Shown: positions 1-12,873 of the stretch, in pieces
How positions within the stretch are numbered: the first letter of the stretch is position 1
Layout: the number at the start of each line of letters is the position of its first letter
From: Squalus acanthias
Taxonomy: Eukaryota
DNA length: 64,000 nucleotides
Reading direction: 5' to 3'
Assembly (NCBI GenBank): GCA_030390025.1
Contig: CM059432.1
Span: 24,554,001-24,618,000 of the forward strand
Notes under the pieces: model-generated
The model's input: only the letters and a program-made list of their open reading frames with translations
Told to the model about the DNA's origin: nothing
Database searches by the model: none
Made by a program: the position numbers and the translations under genes

Positions 1-620
1 AAGTTCCACATTCTAACCACTCTCTGAGTAAAGAAATTTCTCCTTATTTCCCTATTGGATTTATTAGTAACTATCTTGTATTTATGGCCCCTGGTTTTGG
101 ATTCTCCCACAAGTGGAAACATTCTCTCCACATCTACCCTGTCCAACCCATTCAAAATTTTAAAGACCTTTATCAGGTCTCCTCTAAGTCTTCTATTTTC
201 TAAAGAAAAAAGCCTCAACCTGTTCAATCTTTCCCAATAGCTGTAATCTCTCAGTTCTGGTAGCATTCTTGTAAATCTTTTTTGCACTTTCTCAAGTGCT
301 TCTGTGCCCTTTTTACAGCATGGAGACCAGAACTGTACACAGTACTCTATGTGTGGCCTGACCAGGGTCCTCTTCAAGTTTAACATAACTTTTGAATTCA
401 ATAACCCTCAAAACAAATCCCAGTGCTTTTAATTGCTTTGCTGACCTGCAATGTTTTTAATGATTTGTTTACCTGTATCCCTAGATCTCTTTGCTCTTCG
501 ACCCCATTCAGTTTCTTATTTTCTAAGGTGTAGGTGATGTTTCTATTTTTCCTACCAAAGTGCATCTCCTCACATTTATCTATGTTAAAGTTCATCTGCC
601 ACTTAACTGCCCAGTCTGCA
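1..620 (-). mobile_element. CR1 LINE ORF2 fragment (truncated at window edge)
   Basis: Minus-strand translation FNIDKCEEMHFGRKN...VEEQRDLGIQV matches the CR1 RT C-terminal region seen in other copies in the window. Confidence 0.85.
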
Positions 621-624
621 TTGC

Positions 625-3030
625 TCAGAGCGACTTTAACTTAATGGCCCCAATTGAAAGACTCATGCGCGTTTCCCGGCCCTATTAAATGGTGCGGGTT
701 TGCTGACTTGTTTCCAGCACCAATATTTAAAGCAGCCTTGCACTCAAATCGTTTGAAGTTTGCTAGAGGGGGGTGGAACCTGACAAACAAACACCACAGT
801 AATCGTATAAAGTTGCAAGGATGGATAGCCAAAGGCAGAGGGCGGCACCATGCTTTTCAGACTCATCGCTGCATACTCTGGTGGAGGCTGTCAGAGCACG
901 CAGGGAGGTCCTAGTCCCTACTGATAGGCGAAAGAGACCTCCACAAGTATTGAAATGCTTCAATTATCTCATGAGATCAGGAAAGATGAGTGCAATGCCA
1001 CCCTTACCTTCATCCTGATGTGCCTGTCAACACATCCCCATTACTCTGCCTTCCCATTCCTCACACCAACCTACCTTGCAGGTCCACCCATCCCTCTCTC
1101 TCTATGTACATACTCACATCCCCATCTGACTAACCATCCCTCACACTTACCCTCATCCTAATGCAATCATAGCAAGTAACACCACAGAAGGAGGCTATTT
1201 GGCATTGGCACCCCACTCCCTCATAGTCACCATCTACAGATGTAACCCATTCATTCCTTACACTCATTTCATCACTCTCACTCAAACTTCTCTTCTTTCC
1301 CTTCTTGCAGGAGAAAAGAACCCAGAACAACAGAGAGAGGCAGAGAACCGGAGGTGGCCCTCCAGTCTTCGCACAACTAACAGCGAAGAGCAGGGGACTC
1401 TGGAGATCTCGGGAGTTTGAGAGATGCTGGCAGTGGGAGACGGAGAGAGGGGGACATCCCAGCAACCTGGTGACAGAATCACATCTCATACAGCCACATG
1501 GCATTCAACAGTCACTCTTATGGTGACTGATGTCAGCAGTCAGTGAAATGTCATCATGTGCATAATGGTAACATTACCCATTCTTATTATAAGACTTCTA
1601 ATTCATCTCTTTACTCTCCCACGGGTACATCAACTGCCTGCCCCCACTGTCCAGCTGAAGTAGCAAGATCACTTCTCAGAGGAACCCCCAGCTTCTGAGG
1701 GTGCAACGTCAGCAGCCCCAAGCACACCTACCACTAGTGCAGATACGCACACCTCAGTGGGTCCTTTGCGCCATAGAGTAGAGTTGTCACCTGATGTCTC
1801 ACACATCACAAGTGAGCAAGAGCAGGTGGTGTTGACAGGGACAGCAGTGGAGACTCCTCGCCGGAGGGCGCAGGACGCTCCAAGCTCTGCTGAGCTGCAT
1901 ACAGACGTTGAGCCTCTGGGGCCATCGAGAAAGAGGGTGATCTTGGAAGGGCAGCAACAATTGCATGAGCCTCTAACATCTTTTACAGCCGTGATGTCTG
2001 CAAACATTCAGAGAATGGAGGAGTCCATCTCCAACATGAGCACTATCATGTTGCAGGCGATGGTGACGATGAGCTCTTCCATGGAAAGGATGGCCACCTG
2101 CATGGAGCAGCAAATGTGCCCCTCACATGAGCACATGCTAGCTGTGGACAACAGATGGCAGGCGCTCATAGACCTTCTCTCAAGGATATATGTGAACGTA
2201 GACTTGGGCGTTCATCGCTCCACTGCTGTGCAGCAAGGTGCTCTCCAGCTCCTTGCTAGCAGGAAAGTACGGGTGGCCCATGAGAGGGATGATGGTGAGA
2301 GGGGACATGGAACTGGGGGCTCTTCTCAAAGGGCTCCCACTTCTCCCTCATTGCCTCCCCCCTCAGTCAGAGCCCCACATGCTTCCTCAGATCCCGATGG
2401 CTGTGTCTGTCCCTGCACAGTCGCAGGAGGAGGAGACTTTGGCGGGGCCATCACAGGCTCCAAAACCCAGAGGACATCTCCCAAAAGTGTCTGATGAGTT
2501 GCAGCAGGGAAGTGAGCAGCCTGCAACTACCTCTGCTGAAGCCACAGGGGTTGCACCTCGTGGAAGCACTCGGAAAAGAAAAATGACACAAAAGTAGATG
2601 CACATGGGTGTATGAAAAAATGTTAGTGTTAAGTTATTTCAATGACACACACCTTTGCACCCCTTTCGGGTCTTGTCCATTTTTGCCTCAAACCTTGGAA
2701 GTGGCTTTGTCACTTGGAGTGAATGGTGAGACATTATTTAACCTCAAGCATTGGGGCTTTGGGTAAGAATAGATTGGTCATTGTAGAGATACTTTATGGT
2801 GTTGTTGGGGGAGGAGGAGGGGAGAAACTTAGTACAGCATGTGGCTACATTGGAGCAAATTAAGTAAATCTGGCCATGATGAGGCCATCCCGGGCCTCCC
2901 GGGTAGCAATGTGCGCTGCTGCTGGTGCTATCTCCACCTCAGGTCCCTCCTGCTTTGCTCCTCCTCCTCGTCTTCCACCTGCTCCTCCTCCTCCTCCTCC
3001 AGAGGCTGTGTGCTGTGCCCCATGCTCCTT
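625..3030 (+). mobile_element. Internally deleted Harbinger copy A (Myb-like gene remnant plus transposase C-terminus)
   Basis: Myb-like remnant on + and acidic transposase tail ending AREARDGLIMARFT-like on - (2860-3030); same convergent layout as the element at 10394. Ends approximate. Confidence 0.75.
821..2597 (+). pseudogene. Harbinger Myb/SANT-like gene, three-exon remnant
   Basis: Exon 1 MDSQRQRAAPCFSDSSLHTLVEAVRARREVL; exon 2 after cttgcag at 1311 EKRTQNNRERQRTGGGPP; frameshifted exon 3 ending GPSQAPKPRG...RGSTRKRKMTQK*. Homologous to 10757-12579. Confidence 0.8.
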
Positions 3031-3039
3031 TCCCAATGT

Positions 3040-4618
3040 CGGGTCTGTCAACGCTGAGCAGACCCGACAGGCAGCGGCGGGCGATCCAATTAATCTCATT
3101 AACATCTAGTTGACAGATCATTAACAGGCTTTTTTAACTTACCTTTTCAGTTTAACTTCATGGCCATGGGAACCACGTTGTTCGGGGAGCACAGCTGTCA
3201 ACCTGAGGCGGGAGTTCAGTGGCCATTGCTCCAGCTGATTACTTGACAGCTTCAAATGTTCAGTAAAAGCTCCCACCTGACAGAAGCTGTTTCTCAGTCC
3301 ATTTCCAGCACAGAATCTGCAGGCTTTCCACTTTCCACTCTCCATCCAGTATCACCTCATTGGAAGAACTCTCTCACCATTGACAGAATGCTTCTGTCAT
3401 CTGTACATCACCTGCCATCTATTCCATCAACATGGGTACCCTTTATACTCTCTCACTTTGGTCCTCAGAATCCGACCACAATCAGCCCCAACACCAGCAG
3501 CACCAGCAGCACCAACAACAACACCAACTTTCTCCACAATCACCTGATGCTGCACAGGACAGAGGGCATCAGCACCCGAGCACATTGCTGCCCGGGAGTC
3601 AAGGGATAGCTTCACCATGGCCAGATTTAATTCACTTGATGCTGTACACCCTGGCTGCCACATGATGCATCAGGTTGTCACCACCCCACACCAACACCAT
3701 AAAGCATCCCTACAATGTCCAAGCCATTCCTTTCACACTCATCACCAATGCGGGGGGTACCGTTATATCTCACCATTCACTGCAACTCACTAAGACACTT
3801 CTGTCCAAGAATGGAAAGTGTTGAAAATAAAAGTTTCAATGTTTGACAGCAAAGTAACAGAAACTTTACATGAACATTGGCTAAAACACCCAAGTGCCTA
3901 CCCTTGTGTGTTAGTTGGTATGATTGGACTAGGATGAGGGTGAGTGTGACAGGTGGCTAGTGAGATGGGGATGTGATAATGTAGATAGATAGAGAGGGAT
4001 GGGTGGAGGTGCAAGGTAAGTTGGTGTGAGTAAGGATGTGCAGGAGTAGGGTAGGGAAGGCAGAGTGATGGGGATGTGATGAGAGGCACAGCAGGATAAA
4101 GGTGAGTATGGCTTTGTACTAATGTTTCGTGATCTAATGAGATAATTGAAAGGTTTGTGCCACTGCCCCCATGTCCTCCTGATGACATCCCTGCTTGTGT
4201 CCTCCTATACAATATGCAACCAGGCTGTGTTGGTCTCCTGGGGAGGTGTCTTCTGCCCATCGGAAGGGAAGAGAACCTCCCTGCGTGCAGTGACTCCCTC
4301 CATAAGCATATGGAGAGAGTCATGGGAGAACCTGGGTGCAGCCCTGCACCTCTGTGCAGTGATTGTTAGTTTTTGTAGCACCTCAATGCTGCAGAACACT
4401 AACAGCACAAATGTCAAAATAAATTTGGCCATGGCCCCTTTAAGGAAACTGGCTGATGACGTGTCATCAAATGACATCACCTGACCCGCTTCCTCTAATT
4501 GGCCGGCAAACGCGCTGGGCGGGCTTAACAAGCCCTAGCAATGAAAATTAACTTCACAGAGTGGGACGGAGCCAGCAGTGGGGCCGCGACCCGCTGAGGT
4601 GAGCAAAATCGCGACCTA
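3040..4618 (-). mobile_element. Non-autonomous Harbinger copy B, opposite orientation to copy A
   Basis: Myb exon 1 remnant on - (~4355-4125: RAAPRFSHDSLHMLMEGVTARREVLFPSDG); transposase C-terminal remnant on + near 3580-3630 similar to the reverse complement of 2860-2915. Ends approximate. Confidence 0.7.
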
Positions 4619-5419
4619 AGAGTCTGTGTAATTCTCAGTGCTGATTATGAGTCGTATGGTTTGATTTTAACTCCGGGCCAGTTTTCAGCGGGTGAGTAGT
4701 GGTGTGAGTTAAAAACTCACTCCAGAAATGAGGCTCAGGAGTATTCTAACTCATGGGCTTGCTTGTAATGTTGTAGATTTTGTAGGATGTAGTATGCAGT
4801 CAATTTATTGAACTGGGCCTTGTTCTGCAGCATGCAGCGTGCAGCCTTTTGGGTATTTGCTTGTCCACTTGCTGCTTTATTTAAATAAATTCCTTTTTCC
4901 TTCACAAGAGAGAGCATGACGCACACTTGGAGCAGTCAGTAGAAATGGGTTCAGCAGACAAGTAAATACATTTAGGAGAAAGACGAGATTGAGAGATACG
5001 GTAGACGGGTGAGGTTAATCTTTCAGGAATAAATAGCCGAACGACTTTTTCCTGTTGATCAGCATTCTCGCATTCCTCTGCAATTATATTCTTTTTACGA
5101 CAGATTGGCCGCTGCTAAATGAGTGCTAAATAGGACAGAAATGACGTACTTTTTGATGTTTAACAAATTTGTCGCAAAGTATAACTGCAATTTCTGATTA
5201 CGCAGCTGTAAAGTGACACATCGGAAAGATTTATGCTGTGCTCACTGTGCAAATCTTGAAATGCTTCGCACCAGAAACACTGAACAGATGTGTACATTGA
5301 ATCTGATAACCATTCAATATCAGACTTTTACACATCTTCAGTGCCAGTTTGGAATGTAAATGACCAGTAGTCAAGGGGAAGCAGACCAAAAATTCAGTTT
5401 CTTTTCCCCCACTGTAAAT

Positions 5420-5947
5420 GGACATGAGTGGTGATCTGATCAATGTGTTTAAAATGTTAAAAGGATTCAATAGGGTTGATACCGAGAGACTATTTCTTCT
5501 GGTGGGGGAAATCAAGAACAATGGGACATCATAAAATTAGAACTAGGCCATTTAGGAGGGAAGCACTTTTTCACACAAAGGGTAGTAGAAAGCTGCAATA
5601 ACAACCGAAAATGCTGGTCATCAACGCTAACTCTGTTTTTCTCTCTCCACGGATGCTGCCTGACCTGCTGAGTGTTTCCAGCATTTTCTGTTGTTATTTC
5701 AGATTTCCAGCATCCACAGTCTTTCGCTATTGTAGTAGAAAGCTGGAATTCTCCCTCCCAAAAGGCGGTGAATGCTGGGACAATCGGGGCTTTCAAGGCT
5801 GAGATCGATAGATTTGTGTTAGGAAAGGGTATCAAGGGATTATGGAGCTAAGGCGGGTAAATGGAGTTGAGGTACAGATCAGCCGTGATTTAATTGAATG
5901 GCAGACCTGGTTCGAGGGGCTGAATGGCCTACTCCTGTTCCTATGTT
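5420..5947 (+). mobile_element. CR1 3' fragment interrupted by a Penelope-like insertion
   Basis: CR1 ORF2 end and 3' tail (cctactcctgttcctatgtt); split at 5596-5731. Confidence 0.8.
5596..5731 (+). mobile_element. Penelope-like terminal fragment with short inverted 5' piece
   Basis: Flanked by a 14-bp direct repeat GTAGTAGAAAGCTG; same family as 9107-9745; begins with an inverted copy of its own internal sequence. Confidence 0.7.
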
Positions 5948-6264
5948 CACAGAATCACAGAATCCCCACAGTGCAGATAGAGGCCATTTCGGCCCATCGA
6001 GCCTGCACCGACACATATCCCACCCTATCCCTGTAACCCCACGTATTTAATCCCCCTAACACTAAGGGTCAATTTATCATAGCCAAATCAACCTAACCCG
6101 CACATCTTTGGACTGTGGGAGGAAACCGGAGCACCCGGAGGAAACCCACGCAGACACGGGGAGAATGTGCAAACTCCACACAGACAGTCACCCGGGGCCG
6201 GATTCGAACCCGGGTCCCTGGCGCTGTGAGGTAACAGTGCTAACCACTATGCCACCGTGTTACC
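5948..6264 (-). mobile_element. HE1-like V-SINE (tRNA-derived)
   Basis: On -: A box TGGCATAGTGG, B box GGTTCGAATCC, V-SINE-like body, (GATTCTGT)n tail; near-identical to three other copies in the window. Confidence 0.85.
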
Positions 6265-7691
6265 CTGAAATGACTGAAAGGCATTTTAGGGGAAAAAAAT
6301 AAAAAATCTCTTGTTTAACAAGGACTGGTGATGCTTCACTTAAGGCCAATGGAAAAGCTGTGAGAAGCAGTGCCTGGGAGATTTGTGTCCCATTTCAGGG
6401 CATATGGCAACCTTGTGTAAATGACTGTCCTTCATGCACGATTATAGACAGTACCATGAGGGGGCCTCGGAGCTGAGTCGACCTAATCCTCACACAAGCA
6501 CTTTCCAGTGTAAGTGAATGTATTCCAATGCACTCAGACTACCAGGGTATTACAGCAGCAGGTTTATCCAATTTTGAACATCGCTTGCTATTAAAGATCA
6601 GAAGAAAAGTGAGGTTTTTTTTCTCACCAATTTTCTTCCCTCCTTTCCTTAAAGGGCTGATTCATTGTTGGTGTATATGTGCACTATGGGTGGGAATTGG
6701 AAAATTCCTTGCCAGAGTGCTCATTAATCATCGTGAGGTTTAACGTGTCAGCAAGCTATTCAACAGTGGCACTTGTTAGATACCATTCAGGATGAAAATT
6801 CTGGATGATTCTTTTCTTCCTAGGACCAAGGGAGATGAAGCCAATTGTAGTTCACCCTGGTTGAGATCAAACCTGACCACCAACATTTTAAACTGACTGT
6901 CAGCACTTTGAGAGTCCAGTTGTCAGCATTTGCTGGCAGAAATAAATATAGACTGCACCAATTTCCTCTCAGTCCTGCTTCTACCAGAATTCAAGACAGT
7001 CCCCTCTGTTCTCAACACTGCTCCTAACATTAATTGCTCAAATTCTGACCTTTTGAATACTGAATGGCCATGAAATTCGGTACCTTAGCACTGGCTGATA
7101 AGGCCGGTTTCGAAGAAAAAAATGGTGGCCGCCTCACTTCCGCCCACTTCTGGCACGGACCGTGATGGCCACCATTTTGGGCAGGTCAGCAGCGTTGCCG
7201 TTGCCAGCGCTCGCTGGAAAAATGGTAAATGCAACACTGAATTGATGCAGGATCTCGCCACTCCACTCAACGCCCTCTCCAAAGCTCGCACAGCTGAACG
7301 TACCTTCAGCTGCACGACGGAACCCCACCAGCACCTCTTAAAGGGACACACGCATCTTTAAGGTAAGTTTAGATTTTTGCTTTTGTACTGATTCCTGTTT
7401 AAAAAGTTGTTAAAGTGTACAGGGAGTGTAGGGAGTGCTGCTGGACGTTTGCAAGGCTATGGCTCTTAAAGGAAGGCCTCTGAAAACACCACGCTCCCAG
7501 TCCTAGGGGGCTCTAGTTGTAGTCCACCTTGAGCTGCAGCATGACATGGAGCTGGAGAAGAGGCAGCAAAGGGGACAAGCTGCTCGCAGAAGGATTAGGA
7601 GGAGGAAGATGAAGCAGAAGAGGAAGAAGACGAACAGGAGGAATTGGAAGAGGAGGAAGCGGAAGGAAGGAGGCAACCCAAACAGTCCCTT

Positions 7692-7914
7692 TTGTCATTC
7701 AATCTCTCCTGCCCTATCTCCTATCACAGACCTTCCCTTTTGTTCTTTCGTCCCATCACACCTTTCCCTGCCTCTGTACTTGCTTAAAACCTGTTACAGC
7801 TGTAACATTTTCCAGTTCTGATGGAAGGTCACCGACCTGAAACTTTACCTCTGTTTTTATCTCTACAGATGCTGCCTGACCTGTTGAGTATTTCCGGCAT
7901 TTTCTGTTTTTATT
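7692..7914 (+). mobile_element. Penelope-like 3' fragment with degenerate hammerhead motif
   Basis: Similar to 9575-9745; imperfect TSD CCAAACAGTCCCTT / CCAGATAGTCCCTT; motif CTGATGG-aggtc/gacct-GAAA at 7818-7842. Confidence 0.7.
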
Positions 7915-9106
7915 CCAGATAGTCCCTTTCTACTGGGATATCTGGGATCGAATCAGCTGCCTGCGGTACCAGTGAGTACAACCCCAATTCCCCTTTCAAC
8001 ATTTACCTTAATTCCCTCTGTTACTGACCATCACAGCAACCTCTGGGCCACAATGCTGAAATAAAAGCCACCACAAAGCAAAATTTCCAATCCAACTTTA
8101 TCCATATATGCATCCAATATTAAATCTAAAAATCAATGAATCACCCTTGTGCTATTGCCTATCCTAGTGCTCCTACGCAGTGCTACCCCAGTGCTGTAGC
8201 ATGGCTGTTGGAAGGCTGCTTGACTTTCAGTCGAGGAGACGGCAGATGGCCTTGCAAGACAACCTCAAGAAGCTGGTGGCTGGTAGTGTGAAATCGAGTG
8301 ACAGTGTTTCTTCTTCTTCTTCACTCTCCTCTCCCTTTTCTTTTTCAACCATTGGCTGGGCAGGCTGGATTTCTTGGGTGTCTGAATTGAGGAAGGCACA
8401 AGGGTAGGTTGTGGTGAGGGGAGGGGGGTAAGCAAGAGGTGCATGCTTACACCATGTGCAGCTTGTAAATCAGAAAATATTGTGGGATGAGAGGGAAGTG
8501 GGATGTGAGAAGCAGGATAACGTATGAGGATACCGGCATCTTGTATTCTTTCAGCCCCGCCACTGGCCAAGGGCTCAGCCATGCCCCTGCCAAGAATGGC
8601 CAGCACCATCTCCTCCAAGGGGGTGAGGTGAAGCTAGGAACGGGAGGTGTGCCTCGTGTTTGGTAGAGAATGTTGGTAGGTGAGTGATTGGGGTGGGGGG
8701 TTGTGCATTGAGCAGTGTGTGAGGCTAGTAGTGCAGTTGGTAGGAGATGGCTTTTGAAGATGCAGTCACTAACCTTGACCACTGGTCTGAGGTCATGAAA
8801 CTTCTTTGGGCACTGGAGCCATGTCCAGGGGGTGACACTGCTGGCAGTGACCACCTCGGTGATCTGATCTCACATCCTTCTTTCTGGAGGGCCTCCTGAT
8901 CCCCTGTGGGTAGAGGACCTCTCTTTGCGTGTTCACCCTCTGCACAAAGGCCTCCAGTGTTGCGTCCAAGACCCTGGGGTGCCTGTTCCCTGGCCTGTTG
9001 AGCCATTTGGGTTAGTGATGAACGACTTTTAACATTTTAGATCACCAGAAAGCAGCTCACCTTTAAGAAGTGCAGACTGCCTTTAAGAGCCGAAGGCTAG
9101 CTTTAA

Positions 9107-9745
9107 ATAAAAAAGCAAAATACTGCGAATGCTGGAAATCTGAAATAAAAACAAAAAATGCTGGAAGTACTCAGCAAGTCAGGCAGCATCTGTGGAGAGA
9201 GAAACAGAGTTAACATTTCAGGTCGATGACCTTTCATTAGAACTGGAAAATATTGCAGATGTAACATGTTTTAAGCAAGAATGGAGGCAGAAAAAGGGGG
9301 TCGCCTGTCACTTTAATTCTCCGCTCCACTCCCACTCTGACTTCTCTGTCCTCGGCCTCCTAACTATTTTGATGAAGCTCAACGTAAGCTCAAGGAGCAG
9401 CACCTCATCTTTCGATTCGGCACTTTATAGCCTTCCAGACTCAGCATTGAGTTAACAATTTCATAACCTTCGCCCTATTTTTTTGGACAGCAGGTGCTGA
9501 TTCTGCTATTCCCATTTACACCTTTTGTTTCTTTACTTGTGCCATTACCATCCCCTTTTGCCTTGCACCATCATCCTTTTGTCATTCAATCTCTCCTGCC
9601 CTTCCTTTTTGTCCTTTCCTCCCTTTCCCTGCCTCTGTACTTGCTAAAAACCTGTTACATCTGTAACATTTTCCAGTTCTGATGAAAGGTCATCGACATG
9701 AAATGTTAACTTTTTTCTCTCTCCACAGATGCTGCCTGAGTATTT
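9107..9745 (+). mobile_element. 5'-truncated Penelope-like element: inverted terminal repeat, GIY-YIG C-terminus, terminal repeat
   Basis: 9299-9465 reads (with a frameshift) VACHFNSPLHSHSDFSVLGLL...EAQRKLKEQHLIFRFGTL, typical of the Penelope endonuclease C-terminus; ~9180-9280 is an inverted copy of 9640-9745; TSD CTAGCTTTAA (9097-9106 / 9746-9755). Confidence 0.8.
9675..9711 (+). ncRNA. Minimal type I hammerhead ribozyme motif (partly decayed)
   Basis: agtt-CTGATGA-a-aggtc(atc)gacat-GAAA-tg-TT-aact: core intact, stem I agtt/aact, one stem II mismatch, stem III loop apparently CpG-decayed. Confidence 0.6.
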
Positions 9746-10756
9746 CTAGCTTTAAGTAAAGCTAGCCTCACGCGAACATCGAGAACTTCGGCCCCTGCTG
9801 AGAGCACAGCCTGTCAGCAGCACATTCAGCATTGTGCTGTGTGCTACAATCATTTAAAGTCGCAGGCAGCGCAAATTTGATGTGCTGCCTGAACTCCTTT
9901 CATCGGGCGCGGGCAGATCGCACATTGCAGTGCCCGCGTCTGCTTTTGAGCTTTATCCAGTTTCACCGCCTCTATGTTTAGACGGCATTTCTTGTGAACA
10001 GGAGCTCCTGCCCACAATTATGGCCTGGATTTTGTGTTAAGAATAACAGTGAGTTAACAGCATTCACCATTATTATACAACTTCCCGTGTCTGCACATGC
10101 GTAGTTAAATGCGGAAATCTGGAAGTTGCTGTCCGATTTGCCCTGCTCGTCCATAAGCTGCCCTGCACTGGTACCACGCCAAGAGAGTTGACATTGAAAT
10201 CCATGTAATGGCTTGAAGTTGCTCTACTTAGTCACTAGTTACCCACTGAACACGTCAGAAAATGTTATGGCTGGTGCACTCAGGTGTAAATGAATTTTTA
10301 ACGCCATATTAAGTCTTAATTACCGCCAAACAACCTCTGTGGCATTGAAAATTTAATTTTACAAGTGTGGAATCTGATTCCTTCAGAATCTAAGGGGTAG
10401 AAATTAGGTCGCGCCCCATTTGGGGCGCAAATATCGTCCGGACGCAAATATTAGCGCCTGGCGCTAATTATCGGCACTGACAGGAAACTTCACTTTTACC
10501 GCCCCGGGAGGTGAGTGGAGCGCTAAAGCAGGCGCTGCACACCTGTCTTAAGGCGCAAAGGCCAAGGAGTGAGGCGCTAACTCAGCGTGCGAGTGCAGCG
10601 CAGCTGCTGCCAGTTAGCGAGGGAACACAGACACACTGGCGCCGGACACTTCTTAAAGCGGGGGGCGGGGGGCCACTTGCTCCCCAGCCACACCCTGCTC
10701 ATTGCAGCCTTGAATCTCAGCCTGGAGAGACCTGTGAATCCATTTTGCTGCCAAGC

Positions 10757-12579
10757 ATGGAGAGGGTGAGATAACGCGCTCATCGCTTCACCGAGCGGGC
10801 CTTGGATGCTCTGGTTGGCGCAGTGGAGCGCAGACGATGTATGCTGTTCCCTGAGAGTGGCAGGAGGCCTTTGCCACGCGAGTTCAGAAGAGTGTGGAGG
10901 GAGGTGGCTCAGAGCGTCTCCTCCAGGAGCATGGTGCCCAGGACCCATACTCAATGCCGCAAAAAGTTCAACGACCTCACTCGGGTCATCAGGGTGAGTG
11001 GCTTTTTCTCAATACCTCTCCATCCCTCCATCTCAACCTCACTCTATGGCCAGAGGGTCTTAAAACCCCAATGCACAACACTCATCCAACACCTATGGCC
11101 CTTTCATCAAACACACACACACATTCCACACTTTGCATACAGTAAGGGCTATTCACCTATGGGAGGCACATCAGGCAAGACCATGGCTGTATATTGTAAG
11201 AACTATTCACCTATGGGAGGCACATCAGGCAAGACCATGGCTGTATATTTACTCAGATGCTGTCCTTTTTCTTGCAGGCTAAGCTGGCTCATAATAGGAG
11301 ACAGCAGCAACGGACAGGTGGAGGGCGGCCTCAGCTGCAACCCCACAGCGATCTGGAGGAGCGCGTCCACAGGATTGTGGCAAGCCGGGTGATCGGTCCC
11401 GTCGCCGCTGGAGACGCTGACCCCGTTGTGGACAGCAATGGTAAGGTCATCACCTTTTTGTCCTCTGTCCTTCCACTTGTCCCTCACAACACCAGCCTTT
11501 GACACTTTCAATACAACTTGCTAACTCGCTGCACTTATTCCTCCCTTACTGCCACCCTGTCCTCACGCTAAAGCCACTCTTGTACCTCCCTGCTTTCAGA
11601 TGGTGATTCACCAGCTGAGGAGACGGGCCCTGAAGCTGCCACTGGGAGTGATGCTGCAGCTGAGGAGGAAGAGGAAGCCAGAGCATCAGTGCCACCCTCT
11701 CCCGAGGAAGCCCATGCCCACACTGGAAACACGCCTTCCCCGGAGGGGAGCAGGGGGGAAGGGGCTGATGATGGTGAAGCTCCAGGACCCAGCGGGCTGC
11801 AGCAATGCCATGGGGGGGGTAGGGAAGAACGGGGGCCTTCTCCCCAGAGGGAGAGTATGCCAGACACTCCTACCGCAATGGACGCAGAGGAGGAGCGGCT
11901 GATTGCAGAAATGAACACCCAGGCGGTGTGCATGCACACTGAGCTCATGGGTGCAGTGGGAAGGGTGCCCGAATGCATTGAGTCACTGGCAAGGAGTGTG
12001 GAGCACTTCGCTGTAGCACAGGCGGATGCCACACTAACGCTTAGTGCTGCAATTCAGTCACTGGCTGCCGTAATCCCACCTCTGACTGCTCTCATACAGA
12101 CTCAGATGGAGGCCACGCGAGCACAGACTGCTGCCAACCTTGATGGTTCGTGCACATGTCCCCGGGGCTGTCACCGCGCCGCAGCAGGCCAGCAATCTGT
12201 TCTCCGGCAGATTGCTCCGGATGCTGAAGTGCTGCCCCGTGGGAGTGCCAGTGTGTCGGGCGAGCAGGGAGTTGCTGTCCTCTCGCACGATGACAGCATT
12301 CCTGCTGCCAACACTGTCACTTCTCCACTGCACTTGCCACCACCTGTAGGACAGACTGCTGCCGCCCATGCAGAGTTGGTGCAGTCTGCAGCCGGGCCCT
12401 CCAGGCCCAGAACTGTTTGAGGCCGTCCTTCAGGGGCATCTGCAGTGTCAGGGTCTGACGAGCAGCAGCCTTCCACCAGCCTTGCTGCAGCCACTGAGGT
12501 CCCATTACGGAGGAGCAGTAGGGTTAGAAGGGGGGAAGTGCGCAAGGGAAGGAGATCACCCTCGAAGGGCAAAAAGTAG
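10757..12579 (+). pseudogene. Harbinger Myb/SANT-like DNA-binding protein gene, exons 10757-10993, 11278-11440, 11600-12579, with two in-frame stops
   Basis: RFTERALDALVGAVERRR...WREVAQSV...RTHTQCRKKFNDL trihelix motif; canonical GT/AG junctions keep the frame; stops TAA 10772-10774 and TGA 12418-12420; basic C-terminus ending TAG 12577-12579. Confidence 0.85.
11142..11249. repeat. 54-bp tandem duplication in Myb intron 1
   Basis: Two copies (11142-11195, 11196-11249) of GTAAG..CTATTCACCTATGGGAGGCACATCAGGCAAGACCATGGCTGTATATT with 2 mismatches. Confidence 0.95.
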
Positions 12580-12873
12580 GAGGTGTGACAAAATGCTGGT
12601 CATTTTTTTATTAAAGGCCGAGGTTCATGGTCCAACTTTTGTTTAGTGTTTTGGACATTATCTCCAGGTTGTGAGAACCAGTTATGTTATTGACTGTTTT
12701 TTTGTGTTTATTTCTATGAGTTTGTCATGAGGAATTGACACACACAGAGTTTGTAAAATAAATAAGTTTCTGTATTCAAAATATACATGGCTGGTGGTTG
12801 GAATTATTGGTGCCTTGGCCAGCTTAGGGGTTGCGTGCTGGGTTGATTAATGTTTGTAGCAATGACAGGGGCC

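Larger units (their letters stand above)
7066..9970 (-). mobile_element. Decayed Harbinger copy C with Myb-like remnant
   Basis: Myb exon remnants on - (9006-8774 MAQQAREQAP...KKFHDLRPVVK; 8618-8538 LEEMVLAILGRG); imperfect TIRs GGCCATGAAATT / CAGTTTCACCGCC. Confidence 0.65.

Noticed and set aside
6108..6302. Recurrent ORF MDCGRKPEHPEETHADTG
   Set aside because: Antisense reading of HE1-like SINE copies.
11142..11249. CRISPR-like array
   Set aside because: Simple tandem duplication without spacers, in eukaryotic DNA.
10802..11392. 196-aa ORF as a complete protein
   Set aside because: Reads through intron 1; the repeated peptide comes from the intronic 54-bp duplication.
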